A stretch of 64,000 nt of DNA from Porphyromonadaceae bacterium UBA7555 (GTDB lineage: Bacteria > Bacteroidota > Bacteroidia > Bacteroidales > Muribaculaceae), in contig DLLT01000008.1 of the NCBI GenBank assembly GCA_002478045.1, positions 1,803 through 65,802 on the forward strand. The letters run 5' to 3'. The notes under the pieces are model-generated. The model had not been told where the DNA came from. It searched no databases and was given only the letters and a program-made list of their open reading frames with translations. The position numbers and the translations under genes are program-made. Shown piece after piece: positions 38,676-46,324 of the stretch (the first letter of the stretch is position 1; the number at the start of each line of letters is the position of its first letter).

Positions 38676-39063
38676 GACTATAGATAGACACCGCTGCTCT
38701 ATATTGCTTATGTACCATGTATATTATTGAAAAACTACTTAAAAATACCTTTGTACTATGGATTTAGGATGGCTTATCGTTTTGGCATGTTTTGTCCCCT
38801 GGGTCAAAGATGCCTTCGACAAAAGAGCTAACGGCTGATGCTAGGCGAGCGAAGGCCGTGCCGATGTAGCGGACTTGTCTTGGCGTAATCGCCGGGTCAA
38901 GTCCGCAACTTTTTGACCTATACGCCAACTTTTTTTGTCCGGGAGTGGGAGGTGTATCACGCTTGGCCTTGAGATATATAACGGTGCAGGTCCGGCAGAA
39001 AAGCTCGGATTTTTTGATCTGTATGTCAGTATTTCTTTATGCCGCCTGCACATCTATAGGCGG

Positions 39064-39100
39064 AAAAAAAAGAGGGACTCCTCGCGGAGTCCCTGTCTTT
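39064..39100. terminator. Bidirectional intrinsic terminator
   Basis: A 9-bp stem AGGGACTCC/GGAGTCCCT (39073-39081 / 39086-39094) has loop TCGC. It is flanked by A8 on the left, which reads as U8 on the minus strand, and by GTCTTTATT on the right. Confidence 0.7.
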
Positions 39101-39152
39101 ATTGGTTTCCAATAGGTACAATTTCTAAGGTAAAAAAGATTGTTAGGTTTTG
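39064..39152 (-). ncRNA. Candidate small RNA (~87 nt), family unknown
   Basis: Bounded by a canonical promoter (39190-39159) and a hairpin plus U8 terminator (39094-39064). Contains no AUG. Has an internal hairpin at 39114-39100. Confidence 0.4.
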
Positions 39153-39158
39153 CGATGA

Positions 39159-39190
39159 CAAAGTTATAAAGGCTCGGTCAGCGCACCAAA
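39159..39190 (-). promoter_or_regulatory. Orphan consensus promoter inside a convergent spacer
   Basis: On the minus strand, TTTG (39190-39187) is followed by a 20-nt spacer and TAACTTTG (39166-39159). Confidence 0.55.
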
Positions 39191-39336
39191 TATATTTATA
39201 TGTTCTACAACATATTTTTGGAGATGCAAACCTTGCTTTACGCTTCTTTGGCGATGTAATACTCTTAATTATAGTATTATACGGCTGGTTTGCCGACTTG
39301 GAGAGAAAAACAAATGCGGGTTAAAATTTGTTAATA

Positions 39337-40122
39337 TTAACTTTTTGTGTCTGTGAAATGTAATAATCGAAGGCCGGCGGCATCGTATACGGCGTAGGTG
39401 AACTGCGAAAAACAGTCGCCGAGGATAACCACTCGCGTCCCTGCATCTATGGGGTAGTCAAGTGCAATATGTCGATGTCCGAGGACAAAAAATTTGATTT
39501 CCGGATGTTCGGCATGATACTTGCGGGCAAAGATGATAAACCGCTCTTTTTCGGGGTCGGGAACGGCCGGATGCGACATGGGATTGTTGCCGCGGCTGTG
39601 GCTGGACCATCTGTGCGCAAACGGTATTGTCCAGCGTGGATGTATCCCGGCGTACAACTTTTGGCAAAGACGGTTGCGGAAAAACGCGCGAAGAATGCGA
39701 AAACTGCATTTGTCGCCATACAAAGCATCACCATGGCCCAAGAAGAATTTTTTGCCGTCGATGTCGCGTATCACGTTCCCATCGATGACCTCCATACCTA
39801 TTTGGTCGCGGAGGTAGTCAAAGAGCCAAATGTCGTGATTGCCGATAAACCACACGATCTTGATGCCTATGTCCGACATATGGGCCAGTTGGCCGAAAAA
39901 ACGGATGTATCCGCGCGGCACCACGGTACGATATTCAAACCAGTAGTCGAGTATATCACCAAGCAGGTACAAGGTCTTGCAATCCTTTTCGAAGGACTGC
40001 AGCATGCGTACCACTCGGGCTTCGTGCCCGCGCGGGTCGGAGATGTATACGGCGCCCAAGTGCATATCGCTGACAAAATATGTCTTGTCGCGCATCGGTG
40101 CTGTGTCTTCAGGTGTGGGCAT
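39337..40122 (-). CDS. lpxH: UDP-2,3-diacylglucosamine diphosphatase
   Basis: Start at the ATG at 40122 (MPTPED...). Contains the calcineurin-like metallophosphoesterase motifs SDMHLG, LLGDILD, GNHD and GHGD. The track ORF extends upstream into the neighbouring gene. Confidence 0.85.
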   Translation of the reverse strand: MPTPEDTAPMRDKTYFVSDMHLGAVYISDPRGHEARVVRMLQSFEKDCKTLYLLGDILDYWFEYRTVVPRGYIRFFGQLAHMSDIGIKIVWFIGNHDIWLFDYLRDQIGMEVIDGNVIRDIDGKKFFLGHGDALYGDKCSFRILRAFFRNRLCQKLYAGIHPRWTIPFAHRWSSHSRGNNPMSHPAVPDPEKERFIIFARKYHAEHPEIKFFVLGHRHIALDYPIDAGTRVVILGDCFSQFTYAVYDAAGLRLLHFTDTKS

Positions 40123-40142
40123 TTTCGTGCGTTGTCTGACGG

Positions 40143-40463
40143 TTACAAAAGTCCCAATTCGAGTTTGGCTTCCTCGCTCATCATATCGCGATTCCATTCG
40201 GGCTCGAAGACGATATTGACTTTTACGCTTTTGACACCTTCGATGCTCTCGAGCTTTTGGCGTGCATCCTCCACGAGGAAGTCGGCAGCCGGGCAATTGG
40301 GGGCGGTCAGTGTCATATCCACTTCGAGATTGGCGTCATTGTCCACGTCTATGCGGTAGATGAGCCCTAAGGAATAGACGTCCACCGGTATTTCCGGGTC
40401 GAAGACGGTGCGCAGCATACGCACGGCTTCTTGCTGTATCTCTATGCGTTGGTCTTCAGTCAT
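40143..40463 (-). CDS. DUF59 / SufT-like Fe-S assembly protein
   Basis: 106 aa. Contains DPEIPVDVYSLGLIY and TLTAPNCP. Confidence 0.85.
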   Translation of the reverse strand: MTEDQRIEIQQEAVRMLRTVFDPEIPVDVYSLGLIYRIDVDNDANLEVDMTLTAPNCPAADFLVEDARQKLESIEGVKSVKVNIVFEPEWNRDMMSEEAKLELGLL

Positions 40464-40485
40464 ATCATTCGGTGCTATTGTTCTG

Positions 40486-40518
40486 CAAAGTTAAGCAAAA
40501 TAGCCGTGGGCGGCAAAA
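40486..40518 (-). promoter_or_regulatory. Promoter of the DUF59-lpxH operon
   Basis: On the minus strand, TTTTG (40518-40514) is followed by a 20-nt spacer and TAACTTTG (40493-40486). The ATG is 23 nt downstream. Confidence 0.6.
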
Positions 40519-40628
40519 CATTCGGGCTCGTTTGATGAAAGAAGATGGTAAAACGAGGTGTTGATAACTTCGTATATATAGTATGGCGGTAATACTTACC
40601 GCTTTGCCGCCTCGGCAATAGTCGTGGG

Positions 40629-40660
40629 GTTGCAAAAGCCGAAAAATATGCTTATTTTTG
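40629..40660 (+). promoter_or_regulatory. Candidate promoter of dnaE
   Basis: GTTG (40629-40632) is followed by a 20-nt spacer and TATTTTTG (40653-40660). Confidence 0.5.
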
Positions 40661-40772
40661 CCTTCGCAATGCTTGTATGGGCTATGTGCCGCCTCGGAAC
40701 CGACATACCGCCGGATGCCCGACAAGAGTAGCTTAGATACTGTAAATTACAACGATACAAACCAATAACGAT

Positions 40773-43700
40773 ATGCCCCCATTTGTACACCTACATGTAC
40801 ATAGCCAGTATTCGTTGCTTGACGGGCAGGCGTCGGTTTCGGCGCTTGTCGATAAGGCTATGAATGATGGTATGCCCGGTATTGCCCTCACCGACCACGG
40901 CAATATGTACGGCATTAAGGAGTTTTTTAATTATGTCAATAAGAAGAATGGCAAGGTGCTTGACAAGGCCAAGGCTGCGCTCGAGTCGGCACGCGAAAGC
41001 GGCGATGAAAAAGCCGTGGCTGAAGCCGAAGCCGCAATGAAGTATGCCAAGGAGCATTCGTTTAAGCCCATATTCGGTTGCGAGATGTACGTGGCGCAGG
41101 AAGACCTTCACACACATGTGGACAAGCGCGACATAGGCCGTCACCTCATAGTTTTGGCCAAGAACGCCACCGGCTACCACAATCTCATAAAGCTGGTATC
41201 TCAAGCATGGACCGAAGGCTTCTATATGCACCCGCGTACGGACAAGCACGAAATCGAGAAACATCACGAAGGTCTGATTATAGCCTCGGCCTGCCTGGGC
41301 GGCGAGATTCCGCAGCTGCTTATGCAAGGACGAGACGAAGAAGCTGATGCTGCCGTGGCATGGTGGAAAAACCTGATGGGCGATGATTATTACATCGAAT
41401 TGCAGCGACATAAGGCCACAGTGGTCAATGCCGCCCATGATACGTACGAAAAACAACGCCAAATCGAGCCGAAACTCATAGCCTTGGCTCGTAAGTATAA
41501 TGTGAAAATCATCGCCACCAACGACGTCCATTTTGTCAATGAAGACGATGCCGAAGCCCATGACCGTCTGATATGCCTGTCTACCAATAAGTATGTGACG
41601 GATCAGGACCGTATGCACTACACCAAGCAGGAGTGGCTCAAGTCTTCAGCCGAGATGCAGGCGCTGTTTGCCGACATCCCCGAGGCGTTGGAGACTCCGG
41701 CTACTATACTGGACAAGGTGGAGACATACACGATTGACCACCCGCCGATTATGCCCAACTTTGCCATTCCCGAGAGTTTCGGCACCGAGGCCGAGTACCG
41801 TCAACGCATCACCAAACAGGAGTTATTTGATGAATTTACGCGCGATGAGAACGGCAACGTGGTGCTTTCGCAAGAAGACGCTGAGAAGAAAATCAAGAAG
41901 CTGGGAGGGTACGAAAAACTGTACCGCATAAAATTTGAGGCGGATTATTTGGCAAAACTCGCCTACGAGGGTGCCGAGCGTCGTTACGGGTCGCCATTGA
42001 ACCCCGAGCTTAAGGAACGCATAAAATTCGAGTTGCACATTATGAAAACTATGGGCTTCCCCGGGTATTTCCTTATAGTGCAGGATTTTATCAATGCCGC
42101 CCGCAATCAATTGGGCGTCAGTGTCGGCCCCGGACGTGGTTCGGCGGCCGGGTCATGCGTGGCTTACTGCCTGGGCATCACGCAAATTGACCCCATCAAG
42201 TATGACTTGCTGTTTGAGCGTTTCCTCAACCCAGACCGTATCTCGTTGCCCGATATTGACATCGACTTCGATGATGACGGTCGCGCAGACGTATTGCGCT
42301 ATGTGACACAGAAATACGGCGAAGAAAAAGTGGCGCATATCATCACCTACGGCACTATGGCCGCCAAGATGGCCATCAAAGACGTGGCGCGAGTCGAGCA
42401 GTTGCCGCTGAGCGAGAGCAACCGACTGACGAAGCTCATACCCAAACACATGCCCGAGCGCAACGGTAAGGAGCTGAAGCCTACGCTAAGCAATTGCTAT
42501 GAATATGTGCCCGAATTCAAGCCCGAAATCACGTCCTCAAATCCGCTTGTGCGCGAGACGCTTAACTACGCCCGTGCCCTCGAGGGTAATGTCCGCAATA
42601 CGGGCGTACATGCCTGCGGCGTCATCATTTGCCGCGATGACATCACCGATTGGGTGCCCGTATCCACGGCCAACGACAAGGAGGAGGGCAAATTGCTGGT
42701 GACCCAGTACGAAGGTCGCGTCATTGAGGAAACCGGACTTATCAAGATGGACTTCCTCGGGCTTAAAACGCTGTCGATACTCAAGGAGGCCGTGGCCAAT
42801 ATCAAGCAGACTCATGGCGTGGACATCGACCTGGACAATATACCCATAGACGATCCCAAGACATACAAGTTGTACTGCGAGGGACGCACCATCGGCACAT
42901 TCCAATTCGAGTCGGCCGGTATGCAGAAGTATCTGCGCGAGTTGCAGCCCTCGACATTCGAGGACCTCATAGCCATGAACGCCCTATACCGTCCCGGGCC
43001 TATGCAGTATATACCCGATTTTATCAAGCGCAAGCATGGCGAGTCGCCCATCGAGTATGCCATCCCGGAGATGGAGACGTATCTCAAGGACACATACGGT
43101 GTCACTGTATATCAGGAGCAAGTCATGCTTCTGTCGCGACTGTTGGCCGGCTTCACGCGCGGCGAGAGCGATACCCTGCGCAAGGCTATGGGTAAGAAAC
43201 TTATCGATAAGATGAACCACCTCAAGGGCAAATTTATGTCCGGAGGTCAGGAGCGCGGACACGATCCCAAGGTTCTCGAAAAGATTTGGAAAGACTGGGA
43301 AGCATTCGCATCTTATGCGTTCAATAAGAGCCACGCTACGTGTTACAGTTGGGTGGCATATCAGACTGCGTACCTCAAAGCCAATTACCCCAGCGAGTAC
43401 ATGGCCGCGGTGTTGTCGCGAAACCTTAACGACATCACCAAGCTCTCCGGATTTATGGACGAGTGCAAGAATATGCGCATACAGGTACTCGGACCGGATG
43501 TCAACGAATCTTATAGCCGCTTCGGCGTTAATGCCAAGGGCGACATACGCTTCGGCCTCAGCGCCATCAAAGGCGTAGGCGAGGGTGTGGTTGAGAGCAT
43601 ACTCAAGGCTCGCGGCGACAAGCCTTTCGAGAATATCTACGACTTTGTGGAACGTGTGCCCGCCGGAACGCTCAACCGTCGCACGTTCGAGAATCTTGCC

Positions 43701-44573
43701 TTGGCCGGAGCCTTTGACTGCTTCTCGCAAGACATCAAGCGCGAGGACTTCTTCGAGGCCAATCCTCGCGGCGACACGTTGGCTGATATCCTCATACGCT
43801 ATGGACAAAAATATCAAGCCAACAACAACGACTGTCAAGGTTCGCTCTTTGACTTCGGCGGCGATGAAGGCTTGGAGTTTGCGCGGCAGGCACGTCCCCA
43901 AATCAAGCCTGCAATGCAGTGGCCGGATGTGCTACGCCTCGAGAAAGAAAAAGACCTTGTAGGTATGTATCTGTCCGCCCATCCGCTTGACCCATACTAT
44001 ATGGAGGTGGTCTACGGCACCAACTGCTCGATAAAAGATTTTGTCGAGATGGTGCCTACAGAGGGCATCGAGGTATCATTTGCCGGAATTGTCATAGACG
44101 GCGATGTCCGCATATCCAAAAACGGCAACCCTTACACTGTCATGAAAATCGAGGACTACAGCGGCAGCACCGAGTTGCGACTGTTTGGCAAGAAGCACAT
44201 CGAATTTGGCAATTTCGGCAAGATAGGCACGCCGATACTGATACGCGGCAGCTTTGCGCGTCGCAGTAAGGGCGATGTCGAATTTGAGGTAGGCGCCATC
44301 CAGCTTCTCTCCGAGGTCAAAGGCAAGCTTATCAGCGGTATTACCATCAAGGTGACGCCCGAAGAAGCCGAAAATGCCTTGGCGGCACTGCTGTCCACTC
44401 GCTTAGCCAAGCCCGGCGAGCACGAAAACACGGGCAACCTCCGCTTATACCTATACGATCCGGCGACAAACCGCGGCGCCTCGCTGTCATCATCGCGGCG
44501 ACTGCGCCTCGACCGCAAATTGTTCAATGACCTCAAGGACGCCAAAGTCGAATTCGAGGTCAATCACGTGTGA
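40773..44573 (+). CDS. dnaE: DNA polymerase III alpha subunit
   Basis: 1266 aa. PHP domain (FVHLHVHSQYSLLDG), polymerase core, and OB-fold C-terminus. Confidence 0.97.
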   Translation: MPPFVHLHVHSQYSLLDGQASVSALVDKAMNDGMPGIALTDHGNMYGIKEFFNYVNKKNGKVLDKAKAALESARESGDEKAVAEAEAAMKYAKEHSFKPIFGCEMYVAQEDLHTHVDKRDIGRHLIVLAKNATGYHNLIKLVSQAWTEGFYMHPRTDKHEIEKHHEGLIIASACLGGEIPQLLMQGRDEEADAAVAWWKNLMGDDYYIELQRHKATVVNAAHDTYEKQRQIEPKLIALARKYNVKIIATNDVHFVNEDDAEAHDRLICLSTNKYVTDQDRMHYTKQEWLKSSAEMQALFADIPEALETPATILDKVETYTIDHPPIMPNFAIPESFGTEAEYRQRITKQELFDEFTRDENGNVVLSQEDAEKKIKKLGGYEKLYRIKFEADYLAKLAYEGAERRYGSPLNPELKERIKFELHIMKTMGFPGYFLIVQDFINAARNQLGVSVGPGRGSAAGSCVAYCLGITQIDPIKYDLLFERFLNPDRISLPDIDIDFDDDGRADVLRYVTQKYGEEKVAHIITYGTMAAKMAIKDVARVEQLPLSESNRLTKLIPKHMPERNGKELKPTLSNCYEYVPEFKPEITSSNPLVRETLNYARALEGNVRNTGVHACGVIICRDDITDWVPVSTANDKEEGKLLVTQYEGRVIEETGLIKMDFLGLKTLSILKEAVANIKQTHGVDIDLDNIPIDDPKTYKLYCEGRTIGTFQFESAGMQKYLRELQPSTFEDLIAMNALYRPGPMQYIPDFIKRKHGESPIEYAIPEMETYLKDTYGVTVYQEQVMLLSRLLAGFTRGESDTLRKAMGKKLIDKMNHLKGKFMSGGQERGHDPKVLEKIWKDWEAFASYAFNKSHATCYSWVAYQTAYLKANYPSEYMAAVLSRNLNDITKLSGFMDECKNMRIQVLGPDVNESYSRFGVNAKGDIRFGLSAIKGVGEGVVESILKARGDKPFENIYDFVERVPAGTLNRRTFENLALAGAFDCFSQDIKREDFFEANPRGDTLADILIRYGQKYQANNNDCQGSLFDFGGDEGLEFARQARPQIKPAMQWPDVLRLEKEKDLVGMYLSAHPLDPYYMEVVYGTNCSIKDFVEMVPTEGIEVSFAGIVIDGDVRISKNGNPYTVMKIEDYSGSTELRLFGKKHIEFGNFGKIGTPILIRGSFARRSKGDVEFEVGAIQLLSEVKGKLISGITIKVTPEEAENALAALLSTRLAKPGEHENTGNLRLYLYDPATNRGASLSSSRRLRLDRKLFNDLKDAKVEFEVNHV

Positions 44574-44622
44574 TACATATATTTACGAAATATAAATACC
44601 TAATATACTTATTATAAGCATT

Positions 44623-44946
44623 ATGGCAACCACATTTACAGACGAAAACATCCACGAAATCATCGCTACCGGTAAGCCCGTAGTGGTGGATTTCTGGGCT
44701 ACGTGGTGCGGACCTTGTCGCGCCATGTCACCGCTCATCGACGAACTGGCCAATGAATACCAAGGCCGTGTAGTGATAGGCAGTTACAACCTTGACGATG
44801 AAAACGATTTTGCCTCCGAAAATCGCGTAATGTCGCTTCCGACCATACTCTTCTTCAAAGATGGCAAAAAGACGCCTATACGCCTTGCCGGCTCGCAATC
44901 CCGTGAGACCCTTGTCGAGAAAATTGAAGCCCTTTTGGCCCTCTGA
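44623..44946 (+). CDS. trxA: Thioredoxin
   Basis: 107 aa with the WCGPC active site. Confidence 0.93.
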   Translation: MATTFTDENIHEIIATGKPVVVDFWATWCGPCRAMSPLIDELANEYQGRVVIGSYNLDDENDFASENRVMSLPTILFFKDGKKTPIRLAGSQSRETLVEKIEALLAL

Positions 44947-44982
44947 TAAGCAATATAAATCAAATTAAAAATACAATACACA

Positions 44983-45630
44983 ATGCAAGACAACAATGCT
45001 AAAGTCGCTCCCGGTATGTATGTCGAACTGGGATACGACCTCTACGAGATAGCTCCCGACGGCACTCAAGTGACCGTCCATCAGACAGATGCCGACGACC
45101 CCGAGCGCATCATCTTCGGCGTTACCGAAGGTGTGCTCGAACCGCTGGAGAAGGCCCTTGACGGCCTGAAAGTTGGCGAAGGGTTTGACGTTACTGTAAC
45201 CAGTGACAAGGCCTTCGGCCCTTACGACAAAGAAAAAGTCATAGACCTCGACCGCGAAATATTCGTAGTCGACGGAAAATTTGATAGCGAAACCGTCAAA
45301 GTCGGAGCTGCCGTACCCATGATGACCTCCGAAGGATACCGCATTATGGGCCGTGTGCTCAATATCAGCGGCGACAAAGTTACTATGGACTTCAATCACC
45401 CGTTGGCCGGCCGTGACGTACGTTTCTGCGGCAAGGTGCTCACTGTGCGCCCCGCCACCGAGGAAGAACTACATCCCGTACATCATGGTTGCGGCTGCGG
45501 CTGTGACCACGGTCACGACGACTGCGGCTGCGGTGACGATCATTGCGGCTGTGGCGATAGCTGCGATTGCGATGACCACGACGGCCATCGCGGGCCCGGC
45601 AGCAGCTGCGACTGCGGCTCCTGCCACTGA
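44983..45630 (+). CDS. slyD: FKBP-type peptidyl-prolyl isomerase, SlyD-like, with a Cys/His/Asp-rich tail
   Basis: FKBP plus insert-in-flap layout and DFNHPLAG. The 52-aa tail has 12 Cys and 9 His. Confidence 0.88.
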   Translation: MQDNNAKVAPGMYVELGYDLYEIAPDGTQVTVHQTDADDPERIIFGVTEGVLEPLEKALDGLKVGEGFDVTVTSDKAFGPYDKEKVIDLDREIFVVDGKFDSETVKVGAAVPMMTSEGYRIMGRVLNISGDKVTMDFNHPLAGRDVRFCGKVLTVRPATEEELHPVHHGCGCGCDHGHDDCGCGDDHCGCGDSCDCDDHDGHRGPGSSCDCGSCH

Positions 45631-45752
45631 TTTCGAGACGCCTTTGGGTATCGGTTTCGTTGCCCATAGCAGTCGTTTTCGGCGTGATTTGCGGAATTTC
45701 TCGCATCCTGATAGTACTTTGCGCCGAATGATGACGCATTCTGCGTAGTATA

Positions 45753-45797
45753 AAATTCGATAGAAAATACAGTAAATCTACATTTTCTATCGAATTT
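45753..45797. repeat. Perfect 16-bp inverted repeat with a 13-nt spacer
   Basis: AAATTCGATAGAAAAT (45753-45768) pairs with ATTTTCTATCGAATTT (45782-45797). Confidence 0.85.
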
Positions 45798-45999
45798 ATT
45801 ACTGCCTTTGTGTTATGAAACGAGGAGATAACTAGAAAGTAAGATTCTATAATTTTATCGGGCGTTATAATGTCTGACGGTATTTGCATCATTAGACTTT
45901 GATGGCTATAAGTATTCAGATTGATGTGCGAATAGTTGAAAATCCACATTGGATATCCTTATGCTTTTGTGAAGACATCCCCGCAAGTATGGGCGGTTT

Positions 46000-46248
46000 G
46001 TCAATATCTGTTTCGGACGGCGTGAGGAGACTGGTGGCCGCAATCGGCAAGGGTGAGAAAAGCGTGAGGGAAATGATGGCAATCATCGGACTTAAAGACG
46101 GAAGAATTTCGTGGAGAACTCTCTTGCATCGGCTATTCGTGCCGATTTGGTGCAAAGGATGTTCCCCGGTACGCCACGGCATCCACGTCAGCGGTATTCG
46201 CTGACCGACAAGGGTCTTGCGCTGTATGACGAAATCCGTAAACGGTGA
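46000..46248 (+). pseudogene. Frameshifted 3' remnant of an AlbA_2/HATPase_c_4 ('RecG-like'/Fic-associated) wHTH regulator gene
   Basis: Frame A reads ...SDGVRRLVAAIGKGEKSVREMMAIIGLKD. After a 1-nt slip near 46099, a second frame reads RKNFVENSLASAIRADLVQRMFPGTPRHPRQRYSLTDKGLALYDEIRKR* (stop at 46246-46248). Only the C-terminal ~85 aa of a normally ~450-500-aa protein are present. Confidence 0.55.
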
Positions 46249-46262
46249 TGAGACTATAGCAG

Positions 46263-46306
46263 GCAGGGAGTGCGCAATCGGATGCGTACTCCCTGCTTGT
46301 TTTTTC
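46263..46306 (+). terminator. Intrinsic terminator
   Basis: A 13-bp stem GCAGGGAGTGCGC/GCGTACTCCCTGC (one G-U pair) with an 8-nt loop is followed by TTGTTTTTT. Confidence 0.7.
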
Positions 46307-46324
46307 GGTTGAAGGGAGGCTTGT

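Noticed and set aside
38894-38904. GGGTCAAGTCC, which looks like a tRNA T-arm, raising the idea of a tRNA, tmRNA or att-site fragment.
   Set aside because: The stem is only 3 bp, the T-loop lacks one U, and no acceptor, D or anticodon arms can be built from the flanks.
38987-38995. CAGGUCCGG, which matches the conserved 5' side of SRP (4.5S) RNA helix 8.
   Set aside because: The following bases (CAGAAAAGC) cannot form the GNRA tetraloop and symmetric loop of domain IV, and I could not find a complementary 3' strand. I treat it as a chance 9-mer match.
39190-39324. A possible PnuC-like remnant (…FGDANLALRFFGDVILLIIVLYGWFADLERK*) in the plus frame of the convergent spacer.
   Set aside because: The resemblance rests on one short YGW-type motif recalled from memory. 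There is no start codon and no further homology, and the same DNA is better explained by the minus-strand promoter at 39159-39190.
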